IMG/VR virus record: IMGVR_UViG_3300042997_002652
Span: 96,001 to 160,000 of that record
Strand: one strand, 5' to 3'
Length of the DNA stretch: 64,000 nt
Source of the DNA: a virus
Lineage: Duplodnaviria > Caudoviricetes
The first letter of the stretch is position 1; each line of letters starts with the position of its first letter. The notes beneath the pieces were generated by a model. It saw nothing but the letters and a program-made list of their open reading frames with translations. It was not told the DNA's origin and did no database searches. The position numbers and the translations under genes are program-made. Below, in pieces: positions 54,531-63,943 of the stretch.

Positions 54531-56282
54531 TTAGTTAGTAAGTTCTTCCCAGCCTAGTTTCCACAATAAATCTGCATTAGTAGCTGTGTACGCTACGGCA
54601 AGTGTTAGTGTGCTGGGTGTACCGTTAGCATATCTCCATAATTGAATTCGTTTCTTAACATCTTCACTAATTTCTACTTCATCACGGCTACTAGATAATC
54701 CTGCATAAACAACTTTACCATCTGTTATAGTATCAGTATGTATAGCACTTTGAACTACTGATCCTACCACATTACTAAATGAGGCATTTGCAATAGTTGC
54801 GTTTTCAATTAATTGAAACTGACCATACCGAACATCAAGTGATAACAAATCAAGTTGAGCAGGAACCACAACCGCGTCCGGATATGCAGGATTTAATCTT
54901 ATTGAACATAATGAGATTACTGTATTTGCCGAACCTACTCTTGTAGGAGATGTATTGTTAGTAACATATCCAACTGTAGTGCTTGGCGTATAGCCACCTT
55001 CACTGATAACAGTGCTACAAATTTGTTTCATTGTACTATTGCCACTGGTTGAGTCAGTATTTGTTATTTCATATCGCGGGTTTAATGTAGCAGTCGTCAT
55101 ATAAACAGTTGTGTTTCCTGGCTGATTAGCGTGTTGGAATGTATGACATACGATAAATTGACCGTTGATTACAAAACCTGCACGAACGTTACCTACGCCC
55201 AACCATTCAATGTCGCACCAAAATATTTGCGTCAACGTCGGATCCAACACAATACCTGACAATAAGGTATTTCCATTCCATGATGCTTGTGCAATTCTTT
55301 CTTCAACTACTACTCCTGTTGTGCTACTACGAATAACAAGATTAAGTGTAGTACCTACTGCTTCAAAATATACACCATTATCAGTTGTAAAATAACCAAC
55401 TCGCTGCCTTAGGTTAGCCTTAAGAGTAGCCATTGCAAATGTGTTCATTGTTAATAAACTTTTGCCAGGTTGATATGCTTGAACAGTTTTAGATTGTCTA
55501 ATTACACTACTACCACTAGTAGAAGAAACATTTAAATTAAATGAACTTTCGTTTTGAACATAAACTACATTACCGCCGGTAGCAGTGATATTACTAAATT
55601 GGTCACCGTCAATGTAACGATTTTGGCTGTCAAATAATGTGTAGGGTTCACTCACTCTTAAACGACCAAATGCATCTAGGTTAGTTCCAGTGATTGCTAC
55701 ATTAGCGTTGCCGCCTGTGACTATCGCATTGACATTTCCTGATACGACCCAAGGGCTAGTACCTTGAGTTACAGTTACATTACCACCTGTGACGTTTGCA
55801 TTAACATTACCTGTAATTGCTGGCATTGTGCCAATATTAACATTACCTGATACAGAGACATTGCCACCTGTAATATTTGCGTTAACATTTGGCATTGTAC
55901 CAATGTTAACATTACCTGTTATACCAACATTACCATCTACTGTAATACTGCCGCCGCCATCTACTATAGTAACATTAGATGATATAGTGCTTACTGTTAC
56001 AGTACCAGTGACTACGGCGTTGACATTGCCGCCTGATATAGTGACATTACTATTGCCGTCTAAACTAACAGGCATCCAAGGAACTGTCAATTCACCGCTT
56101 GTTCCGATTTGTGAAACATGTGCGTCAACATTTCCGGGAATGTTTACGTTTCCGTCAATAACGATGTTTCCAGTAAATCCAGTTCTGACATAAACATTAC
56201 CCGTAGTCTCGTCTAGTGCAAGTGCTTGGGTAATATTACGTAAGTACCAGGGTGCTACTTCTGAGGGATTCGGTACGGCCAT
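54531..56282 (-). CDS. Virion structural/fibre protein with GNV repeats and a lectin-like C-terminal domain
   Basis: ITGNVNANVTGGNV repeats, DAFGRLRVSEP motif, DIEWLGVG, late motif at 56311-56316. Confidence 0.65.
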   Translation of the reverse strand: MAVPNPSEVAPWYLRNITQALALDETTGNVYVRTGFTGNIVIDGNVNIPGNVDAHVSQIGTSGELTVPWMPVSLDGNSNVTISGGNVNAVVTGTVTVSTISSNVTIVDGGGSITVDGNVGITGNVNIGTMPNVNANITGGNVSVSGNVNIGTMPAITGNVNANVTGGNVTVTQGTSPWVVSGNVNAIVTGGNANVAITGTNLDAFGRLRVSEPYTLFDSQNRYIDGDQFSNITATGGNVVYVQNESSFNLNVSSTSGSSVIRQSKTVQAYQPGKSLLTMNTFAMATLKANLRQRVGYFTTDNGVYFEAVGTTLNLVIRSSTTGVVVEERIAQASWNGNTLLSGIVLDPTLTQIFWCDIEWLGVGNVRAGFVINGQFIVCHTFQHANQPGNTTVYMTTATLNPRYEITNTDSTSGNSTMKQICSTVISEGGYTPSTTVGYVTNNTSPTRVGSANTVISLCSIRLNPAYPDAVVVPAQLDLLSLDVRYGQFQLIENATIANASFSNVVGSVVQSAIHTDTITDGKVVYAGLSSSRDEVEISEDVKKRIQLWRYANGTPSTLTLAVAYTATNADLLWKLGWEELTN

Positions 56283-56330
56283 AATTAAATACTCTTATAT
56301 TAACTAAGAGTATTTATCTTATACTTCGTA

Positions 56331-56978
56331 CTAATCTTTATCAGTTTCTTCTTGACTTGTTTTGTATTGCCATTCGTCTGAATGAGCTACATTCCACTTA
56401 GGTGAAGTTTCTACTTTGTAGTTTTTAGAACATGCTTTGAAATCAGGTGTTTTCTTGTTTGCTAACACCAAACTTGAATCATGCCAAATAATTCTATTGT
56501 TTGGCTGTGCAGCAAACTGCCCATTATCTAGTTTTATAATGTTAAAACTTTTATGCTCAGGATCGTGCTCGGAAAAATTTTGATTTAATATAGTACGATC
56601 TGGATGACATGTATCTATAGTGAAAACATATTCACCAGGATGCATTTTACGATCTTTACCAAAGATTTCACACCTGCTTAACAAAGGTTTTTTAATAACA
56701 GTTATATGGTAGTCAAAACAATCCCATAGTTGTAAAGTATCTAAACTAAGATCATAATCCAAATCTGTTTTCCAAACAAAAGCACTAATAGGTAATTTAT
56801 CATATAAAGCTCCGTATTCAGTAAGCAAGGTTTCAAAATACAAAGCTTTACCTTCTATACTTTTTACTGACACCCAAACTCCCGGAATGTATTCACCTAA
56901 GCCTTTTTCACCATCATAAAGATATTCTTTTCTAACCATAACGGGAATTAAAGGTAAATTGTGAACTAAAAATGCCAT
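56331..56978 (-). CDS. Conserved phage hypothetical protein
   Basis: GALYDKLPISAF, QLWDCF and GQFAAQPNNR motifs, familiar from aquatic phages. Confidence 0.65.
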   Translation of the reverse strand: MAFLVHNLPLIPVMVRKEYLYDGEKGLGEYIPGVWVSVKSIEGKALYFETLLTEYGALYDKLPISAFVWKTDLDYDLSLDTLQLWDCFDYHITVIKKPLLSRCEIFGKDRKMHPGEYVFTIDTCHPDRTILNQNFSEHDPEHKSFNIIKLDNGQFAAQPNNRIIWHDSSLVLANKKTPDFKACSKNYKVETSPKWNVAHSDEWQYKTSQEETDKD

Positions 56979-57680
56979 TTATCTAATGTCTAGGGGTTTT
57001 GATTTGGTAGCCACAATACAGTAATACTTTTCACGCATTGTTTGTGTTTCACCAGTTTCTTGATTAGGAATACCTAAATCAAATTCTAAGTTATTAAACT
57101 TGTCAATAGTAAATCCTGCTCTAATCAATAACGCAGCTAGTTGATTATGACCTAAAATACTATAATGATTCAAATTCATTTCATGCTTACGATCACAATC
57201 AGGAGCAGGAACTTCAATATAAATCTTGCTGCCTTGCTTTAGAATACGATTGTATTCCATTAGCGAAAAGATAGGATACGGAGAATGTTCAAGAGCATGT
57301 CGTAAAAAGATAAAGTCAACACTTTCATCATAATATCCACCTGTTTGTGGTAAGAAAGACAAGTCATACTTTTTTATAGTATGCCCTTTCTTTTCACAAA
57401 TTTCAATATCACCTGGACTTAATGTAACACCTATTGTATTTGTATATTCACGAGTTTTCATTTCATCTAAGAAATAACCAGGCCCGCATCCTAAATCTAA
57501 GATATGAGCATCTTTAGATAATTCAAGAGGATCAATATAAGTTTCTACTACTTGTTTAGTAAGTTGTTTATGAAACTCACTGTCGCCTTCATCATATATG
57601 TGCGCTTGATACAAGTACTCGTTGTATAATTTAAGTTTGAGTAAATCCAAAGTGTTGTTAATGTCAATCATGTTTTTCAT
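56979..57680 (-). CDS. Class I SAM-dependent methyltransferase
   Basis: ILDLGCGPG, RHALEHSPYP and LKQGSKIYIEVP motifs. Confidence 0.88.
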   Translation of the reverse strand: MKNMIDINNTLDLLKLKLYNEYLYQAHIYDEGDSEFHKQLTKQVVETYIDPLELSKDAHILDLGCGPGYFLDEMKTREYTNTIGVTLSPGDIEICEKKGHTIKKYDLSFLPQTGGYYDESVDFIFLRHALEHSPYPIFSLMEYNRILKQGSKIYIEVPAPDCDRKHEMNLNHYSILGHNQLAALLIRAGFTIDKFNNLEFDLGIPNQETGETQTMREKYYCIVATKSKPLDIR

Positions 57681-57713
57681 AAAAAATCCTATATGTGATT
57701 AACATTACTTATT

Positions 57714-58658
57714 CTAAAAATCAGTATATGAATTATTTTTCTTAGCATCTCGCTCTGTATTGTAAATGCCTTGCCATTTTTTAGCTAAAAACTGTACTAA
57801 CTGAGATACAGTAGTTAATTTGTTTTTATTCATAAAGTCAATAAGTTTTACTACATGATCACGATCTATTCCAGAATTAGGTTTTCTAGCATTACTCATT
57901 GAATTAGCTAAACCTCTAATAGAGTCATCCAATCTATTGATATCAGTAAACACCAAGTTATACCAAATTTCTCTAGCCTTGGTGCCTAACTGATTTTTGT
58001 TTTTTGCAGACATTACTTCTATCCACGGATATAAGTATCCTTTATATGTGGATTTATTTGCCAAGTTTACTTTGCTAATATCTTCTTTGCCGGTTAGTAA
58101 AGAAACATCACCTAAATTTCTTTTGTCAAAATTTAACCAAGCAGTTACATCAGTATAAAAATAAGCAGGGATATTTTGTTTTTTTGCTAGTATTAAAATT
58201 TGTCTAGCTCTAGCTTTAACTGAATCAGTTGCCGAAGTAGTGCCTTCACCGACTAATACATGAATTTCTTTTACACCACCTATACTCATTGTAGGTTCTT
58301 TACTAAAAATTCTATCTTCAGCTTCACTGCTTCTTCCACTTGCTGCTGTGCTCATTGAATTACGATCTTGATAATAATCAACTGAAGAGGCTTTATAGTG
58401 TCTGTTATACCAATCACCATTTAATACAAACAACACACCGTGCCTACCTAAACTATTTGTATGATAGCCACCGTGTCTAGTTCTAGTTGTACTTAAAAAG
58501 TATGGATAACCTTTGGGAGCATATTGTTGCTCAAGAGATCCCATTGCGCTAGTTAATTCAAAATTACCAGTGCTAAGTATATTTCTAGCTGGGAGAAAAG
58601 AAGTATAATGATAAACTACAGAACTAGCTCGTTCATTTATTAACTCTTTTGCTCTCAC
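57714..58658 (-). CDS. Putative ADP-ribosyltransferase-fold protein with MRAKELINE N-terminus
   Basis: VYHYT, FLSTTR, VLFVL and EAEDRI are collinear with ART core strands. Confidence 0.5.
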   Translation of the reverse strand: MRAKELINERASSVVYHYTSFLPARNILSTGNFELTSAMGSLEQQYAPKGYPYFLSTTRTRHGGYHTNSLGRHGVLFVLNGDWYNRHYKASSVDYYQDRNSMSTAASGRSSEAEDRIFSKEPTMSIGGVKEIHVLVGEGTTSATDSVKARARQILILAKKQNIPAYFYTDVTAWLNFDKRNLGDVSLLTGKEDISKVNLANKSTYKGYLYPWIEVMSAKNKNQLGTKAREIWYNLVFTDINRLDDSIRGLANSMSNARKPNSGIDRDHVVKLIDFMNKNKLTTVSQLVQFLAKKWQGIYNTERDAKKNNSYTDF

Positions 58659-59023
58659 TTTTTGTATCCCTTGAAAGGTTTTAAAGTACTTTGTGTGTTA
58701 GTGGAATCAAGTTCGTCACTATTTAAATCACCGTGATTTAAATCTTTGAATTTTATACCTGCTGCTTTATATGCTATTTTTAGCATGGCTTCTTCTTCTT
58801 TAGTATATGCGTGTGCAGTATTAAACTTTCCTGCCCAGCTTTCACCGTCCATTGCAGGTACGATGTTGCCGTCAGTACATGCTGCTGCCATCATTACTCG
58901 GTTTAAGTCATAAGTTCTATCATAATTAGAATTAGCAAATACATGTAATCCCCTAGTAGGATTACTTTGCCTTTTAGACAATTTCCCTATTTTACTTTCA
59001 GTTACAAATTCTTTAGCTCTCAT
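58655..59023 (-). CDS. Probable head-associated protein (MRAKEFVTE N-terminus)
   Basis: N-terminus nearly identical to the downstream gene, ATGA coupling. Confidence 0.55.
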   Translation of the reverse strand: MRAKEFVTESKIGKLSKRQSNPTRGLHVFANSNYDRTYDLNRVMMAAACTDGNIVPAMDGESWAGKFNTAHAYTKEEEAMLKIAYKAAGIKFKDLNHGDLNSDELDSTNTQSTLKPFKGYKK

Positions 59024-59024
59024 A

Positions 59025-59558
59025 TTATTCCGTAGTAACGTCTAAATCACTTTCAGTACTCATAACAGAACCAGCAACAAAACCATCCAATTCTATTAAT
59101 AAAGCTGCGTCATTAACATCTACATAAGTTACAGTAGATGCTATAAAGTGTTGCATCACTACATTAGCAAGAGGCGTAGTTACTATCCTAACATTGCCAC
59201 TAGATACGTTCATATCATAAGTAGCTAATGCATTTCCGTTAAATGTTGTAGCGTATCCTGTCCACTTTACTTGTGTTAAATTGTTTAATATTTGAGCAGA
59301 AATTAAAATATCTTGACTATCGTTATTACTAGGATTTCCTGTTCTAATTTGAAATTGACCTTGAGTAAATTCAGCTACCGGTGTTTGCCAAATTACTTGA
59401 TTTGCGCTAGTTCCTGATGTAATTGATTCTAGTGTATTAGTAGAAGTTGCAAATAGATTAGAAAAGTTATTGTTAATCTTTCCAAACGCAACTCGTAACG
59501 GATCACCTTCACCATCGTTTGGTAACGTGCCTATATTAATAATTTCTTGTGTAGCCAT
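59025..59558 (-). CDS. Baseplate/fibre-type structural protein
   Basis: INIGTLPNDGEGDPLRVAFGKINNNF is the typical T4 gp9/gp10-like N-terminal motif. Late motif at 59582-59587. Confidence 0.7.
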   Translation of the reverse strand: MATQEIINIGTLPNDGEGDPLRVAFGKINNNFSNLFATSTNTLESITSGTSANQVIWQTPVAEFTQGQFQIRTGNPSNNDSQDILISAQILNNLTQVKWTGYATTFNGNALATYDMNVSSGNVRIVTTPLANVVMQHFIASTVTYVDVNDAALLIELDGFVAGSVMSTESDLDVTTE

Positions 59559-59591
59559 GATATTAATCCAATGTTATTATATATTTATCTG

Positions 59592-59798
59592 TTACAGAAT
59601 AGCTTTAGCTACTTTAGAAGCTTTAATCATAGCATCATACAAATCTTGTTTTTTCTGTAAATCTTTTGTATTATTAGAAATTGCAGATTCAAGATTTAAT
59701 CCATTAATAAGCGTAGCATATTCTTTATCTGATAACTTTCCTGACTCATGAAGTTTTTGAATGTCATTAAATTTCTTTTCTAAATCGTTAATGTTCAT
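59592..59798 (-). CDS. Hypothetical protein
   Basis: 68-aa helical ORF with ATGA overlap. Confidence 0.5.
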   Translation of the reverse strand: MNINDLEKKFNDIQKLHESGKLSDKEYATLINGLNLESAISNNTKDLQKKQDLYDAMIKASKVAKAIL

Positions 59799-60199
59799 CG
59801 TGGTTTATCTCCTAATACTTGTTGAATTGTTTCGGCTGATGCAATTATTTGTTCTAAACTAAGCTCACAAAAAGTTTGTGATACTTGATCATTAGTAGCA
59901 TATAATTCTACACCTTGGTCTATTAATTGATATAAATCATTAGATAATTCATGTGTATCTTGATTTCGTCTTAGATATTGAGTGAAATTCTTAAACTCTA
60001 AAGAACTTCTATACAAAGTAACAAAGTTTTCCTTTGATACTTCATTGTTATCGCACGTTTCTACTGACAGTTCAGCAGTGGTTCTTATCCAATTGATTAG
60101 TTCATATTCATTAGTATCATACTTTGCTACTAAAAAATAATTAAATGTACTGCACCCTGACAGTAATAATAGTGCTGTGATAATTAATATATTTTTCAT
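59795..60199 (-). CDS. Lipoprotein
   Basis: Lipobox LSGC. Confidence 0.7.
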   Translation of the reverse strand: MKNILIITALLLLSGCSTFNYFLVAKYDTNEYELINWIRTTAELSVETCDNNEVSKENFVTLYRSSLEFKNFTQYLRRNQDTHELSNDLYQLIDQGVELYATNDQVSQTFCELSLEQIIASAETIQQVLGDKPR

Positions 60200-60200
60200 A

Positions 60201-60722
60201 TTAGTTTCCTATATTTGGTAATAAACGTCTAAAAAATCCGCGATCTTCTACTGGTTCAGGAACAGTGGGTTCTGTAGTTTCGTTATTTGATTGTTCTATT
60301 TCTAATTGATTACTTTGTCTTTCTTGATTTTCTTCTAACCAACCTGAAGGACCTTTTGGTTTGGTAGCTTCACGGTAATATTTTATAATTTCAGTTTGCT
60401 GTCTAATATATCTACGCATTTCTTGAAAGTTGTATGCCATGTTTTCATAGCTTTGAGGAGTCATACCAAACACAACAAAGTCTGCTCCAGTAAAACTTTT
60501 TACTTCTGAAATCTTGTCTTGTAGATTAGATTCAGTTAATACAAACCATTGAACATCGTCTAATTGTATTTCGGGCGGAAGAGGTGGTTGATATATTTCT
60601 AGTTGTACTGTTTCTGTAATTATTTTTACAGGGGGCAGCGGTAAAGGTTCAGGAGTGCTAGGACGTAAAAAACTACAACCCGGCAGTAGAAACAATAAAG
60701 CAATTAGCATGATTTTATTCAT
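60201..60722 (-). CDS. o-spanin-like (Rz1-like) lipoprotein
   Basis: Lipobox LPGC, Pro-rich PSTPEPLPLPPV, overlapping the upstream TM/coiled-coil gene. Confidence 0.65.
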   Translation of the reverse strand: MNKIMLIALLFLLPGCSFLRPSTPEPLPLPPVKIITETVQLEIYQPPLPPEIQLDDVQWFVLTESNLQDKISEVKSFTGADFVVFGMTPQSYENMAYNFQEMRRYIRQQTEIIKYYREATKPKGPSGWLEENQERQSNQLEIEQSNNETTEPTVPEPVEDRGFFRRLLPNIGN

Positions 60723-61134
60723 TTAATTGATCTACCTCTTTAGAATCTTCTTCCATTTGTCTAAACACTTCTTGTGTTCCATTATTAAGTCTAGGTTCAA
60801 TCAATCCAGGTCTAGCTAGTGCTAACCTTTGTAGATCATGCCTGCGAAATATACTTAAGTATTCATCTTTTTCTGATTGTAGTTGCTGATTAGCTGAAGT
60901 TAGGTTAGTCATTTGCTCTACTTGGCGCTGACTATTTTCTTCTAATGATCTGATAGTTTGTTCGTTTATTTCTGCTGCGGATTGTAACGCTACATTTTGT
61001 GCTTGATACTGCCTTACATCAGATTGTAACTGAGTTATTTGGGTATTAAGTTGGTTAACAATAAACCAATGCGCTGCATAACCAGCGCCGGCAAGTAATA
61101 GTACAATGGGTAGTATTTTTAAATATGCAAACAT
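60715..61134 (-). CDS. i-spanin-like (Rz-like) protein
   Basis: N-terminal TM then periplasmic coiled coil. Late motif at 61142-61147. Confidence 0.65.
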   Translation of the reverse strand: MFAYLKILPIVLLLAGAGYAAHWFIVNQLNTQITQLQSDVRQYQAQNVALQSAAEINEQTIRSLEENSQRQVEQMTNLTSANQQLQSEKDEYLSIFRRHDLQRLALARPGLIEPRLNNGTQEVFRQMEEDSKEVDQLNE

Positions 61135-61140
61135 AGTCTT

Positions 61141-62217
61141 CTATTTATCATAGAAGGCTTTTACCATGGTGGCTATATACTCAACTTCGCTGTCTAACAG
61201 TTCAGGATAAATGGGTAAACTTAAAACGGATCTAGATAACATTGCACTAGCTGTTAAAAAGTCTAATGTATTTTCACACAAGAACTTAGTTGCAGGTAAC
61301 TCAGAAATAGTTTGTTCATAATGAACCTTGACTTCTATCTTATGCTTGAGTAAATGAAATCTTAATAAGTCTCTATCGTCTGTAGCAATTACGAATTTTT
61401 GATCTGCGTGACGATAAAATTTCTTACTCAAACATTTGATTGGAAGATTTTCAAACTCTTTAATATAATACTTTCTGATCTTTTGTCTACGTATCTGCCA
61501 CTGATCTATATGTAGCGATCTTGCTAGTACATGAGCACAATCTATTTCACTCATTTTACTGTTAGTACCTGCTACAAAGATTTCTTGTGCAAAGTGCTTA
61601 CCGTTATCTTTATAAGATTTTGCAAACTTGTACAACTCTTCGCTGTTAGTTACGATTGCACCACCGTTTCCCGAAGCAGGTAAGTTTTTTGTAGGGTCAA
61701 AACTAATTGCCATACCCAATCCTACATTACCATTAGCTATCAACCAGTGTTGCGCACCATCTACTATATCTTGAGAAGTTAATAAGTCTGGAGTAGGTGC
61801 TCCATATAAACCTACATAGCAATTGTATGTGTTTATACTTTCTCGTTCTGGTTGCAACATTATACCATGTGAATCAGTATCTACGATTTCTATATCATAG
61901 TTTTTAGTATATGCGTTATTGTTAACAAACGCATTTAGTGTAGCTCTGTATGTAAGATTAGGTATACGGATATGCAGGGGGATAGTTAAGTCTAAGCTAG
62001 TGTAGCAAAGATACTTTGCAATGATTTCTAATGCTTGAGTTCCGCTGTGAACAACTACTGCGTATTCACATTTGGTTCTGTTGACTAACCAATTTTCTAG
62101 TCTATTAGTATAACTACCGTCGCAAAAGATACCAGATTTTAGTACGTCATCTGTGGCTGATAAAAGTTCATGTTTTAAATTTAGATACTGACGATCTAAA
62201 CCAAAATGTTTAATCAA
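61141..62217 (-). CDS. DegT/DnrJ/EryC1/StrS PLP-dependent sugar aminotransferase
   Basis: VHSGTQAL, VDGAQ, SFDPTKNL (PLP lysine), NSKMSEI and LSLPIYP motifs. Confidence 0.92.
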   Translation of the reverse strand: MIKHFGLDRQYLNLKHELLSATDDVLKSGIFCDGSYTNRLENWLVNRTKCEYAVVVHSGTQALEIIAKYLCYTSLDLTIPLHIRIPNLTYRATLNAFVNNNAYTKNYDIEIVDTDSHGIMLQPERESINTYNCYVGLYGAPTPDLLTSQDIVDGAQHWLIANGNVGLGMAISFDPTKNLPASGNGGAIVTNSEELYKFAKSYKDNGKHFAQEIFVAGTNSKMSEIDCAHVLARSLHIDQWQIRRQKIRKYYIKEFENLPIKCLSKKFYRHADQKFVIATDDRDLLRFHLLKHKIEVKVHYEQTISELPATKFLCENTLDFLTASAMLSRSVLSLPIYPELLDSEVEYIATMVKAFYDK

Positions 62218-63194
62218 AGTTTCTTAGACCAATAAGGAGAATTTATAATCCAATCGTAATAAATCTTAAAGCCTTCTTCAACATCAACTTTAGGATCAAA
62301 GTTAAAGTCATTTCTAGCAGCCGCTATATTAAGTGAGCCTCTGCTAGGAAAGTCAGCGTCTTTATCTTTAATCTCAATTGAGCCTTTACCAGCTAATTTG
62401 ACTGCTAGTTCTGCTGCATACTTTAAAGTTCTGCTGTGGCTTTTTGTAATGTTGTAAGTTTTGTTGATAGCGTTTTCACTTAATGTAGCAGCTACTATAC
62501 CCTCAGCAGCATCATCTACATATGTAAAGTCAAGGGTTTCATTTACCCCGTTTACTTTTAGTGTTTGACCGCGTAATGCGCTTAGAATAAACTTTGATAT
62601 TACTCTGTCTTCAACGTCAAGAGGACCGTATACTGCACTTGGTCTGATGATAGTATGTTCTAAGTTACAGCTACGAGTATAGTCTTTTACTAACCATTCA
62701 CCTGCTAGCTTCATTATACCATATTGACCTTGAGGTTTACATATAGCATCTTCAGTTACATCGTCTGTAAAGTCTCCATATACCATAGAACTACTAATAT
62801 AAACAAATCGTCTTACTTTATGCTTTTTAGCAAGTTCAAGTAAGTTAATTAAACCCTCGCTCATTGTTCTACTACCAGCACGAGGATTTACGTTAACTAC
62901 TTTTTGTCTAGGAAAGCTAGCAAGATGAATAATGATTTCTGGTTTGTCGTCATTGATTATTTCATCTAGCGCATAATAATCAGTAATATCTGCGTTAAAT
63001 ATATCTTTAGTTTTTATTTTCTTAATGCGTTCATTCATCAAGTAATTTAGTTCATCGGCAGGTATTAAACCATAACTAGTTTTATTATCTACGATAGTTA
63101 TTTCGTGTCCCAAACTTTCTAGTTTGTTAACTATGTTATGTCCAATTAAACCTAACCCGCCAGTGACTAATATTCTCATTGAAGTAATGTCCAC
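62214..63194 (-). CDS. NAD-dependent nucleotide-sugar epimerase/dehydratase
   Basis: VTGGLGLIG, SSSMVYG, YGIMK and RPSAVYGP motifs. Confidence 0.93.
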   Translation of the reverse strand: MDITSMRILVTGGLGLIGHNIVNKLESLGHEITIVDNKTSYGLIPADELNYLMNERIKKIKTKDIFNADITDYYALDEIINDDKPEIIIHLASFPRQKVVNVNPRAGSRTMSEGLINLLELAKKHKVRRFVYISSSMVYGDFTDDVTEDAICKPQGQYGIMKLAGEWLVKDYTRSCNLEHTIIRPSAVYGPLDVEDRVISKFILSALRGQTLKVNGVNETLDFTYVDDAAEGIVAATLSENAINKTYNITKSHSRTLKYAAELAVKLAGKGSIEIKDKDADFPSRGSLNIAAARNDFNFDPKVDVEEGFKIYYDWIINSPYWSKKL

Positions 63195-63943
63195 ACCGTA
63201 GTATCAATGCCTGTGCTTTCTAACTGTGCTGCATCAGTTAACTTAGGATGAAAATTCAACCCAGTCATTTTTTCAATATTCTCAATTGTAGTTACCGTAG
63301 CAGATATGTCTTGTGTTCTAACTGGCTCATTAGGGAATAAAAATGCTACTGCTGTATTAGAATTACTATCTACAACAACTTTCCAAATATATTGAGGTAT
63401 GCCTAATCCATTGCCTATTACTTCATAGCCGGGATTATACACAGTACCTACAGTAACATATAAATTCATACCTGTTTTTGCTAAGTTTCTAATACGATCT
63501 TCTAATATACGCCAAGCACCTCTGTTTTGATTTGGATTCTGCGGAACCATATTACTTAGATAAAAGCTTTGTGACATTTGTTCTTCGCTTGCTGTGTTAT
63601 CAGCAGCGGCACTTAAATGTCCTCTGTCATATGGCTTGCCTGCGTAATCAGCTAAAGTAACATCATGTTCACTGGGAATAACAGGATCATCTCTAAAGTT
63701 ATCTTTACGCTTTGCTGTTCCTGTAATATCTTCAGGGTCTATACGATAAGTTACATACTCTGCGGTTTTAGTGTCAAACCTAAAATGAACAGCATAGTTT
63801 AAGTGACAAACATACTGTGACTCAGTGATTGCTGACACCGGGGCGCCTGCAGGATGAGCATGATCAGGGCAATTATCATCAATAGGGTTGGCATAAATTG
63901 TTGTGCTTAAAAGTAACGCTAATATTGTTGTTATTGTTCTCAT
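63176..63943 (-). CDS. Secreted DNA/RNA non-specific endonuclease (NucA/EndoG family)
   Basis: Signal peptide, YDRGHL, SNMVPQ and NRGAW motifs. Confidence 0.92.
   Translation of the reverse strand: MRTITTILALLLSTTIYANPIDDNCPDHAHPAGAPVSAITESQYVCHLNYAVHFRFDTKTAEYVTYRIDPEDITGTAKRKDNFRDDPVIPSEHDVTLADYAGKPYDRGHLSAAADNTASEEQMSQSFYLSNMVPQNPNQNRGAWRILEDRIRNLAKTGMNLYVTVGTVYNPGYEVIGNGLGIPQYIWKVVVDSNSNTAVAFLFPNEPVRTQDISATVTTIENIEKMTGLNFHPKLTDAAQLESTGIDTTVWTLLQ

Noticed and set aside
2674-56193. Numerous short antisense or overlapping ORFs in the track (e.g. 4904..5116, 6186..6656, 14256..14669, 39774..40106, 55789..56193)
   Set aside because: They lie opposite well-supported genes, lack RBS and motifs, and reflect codon bias of the real strand.
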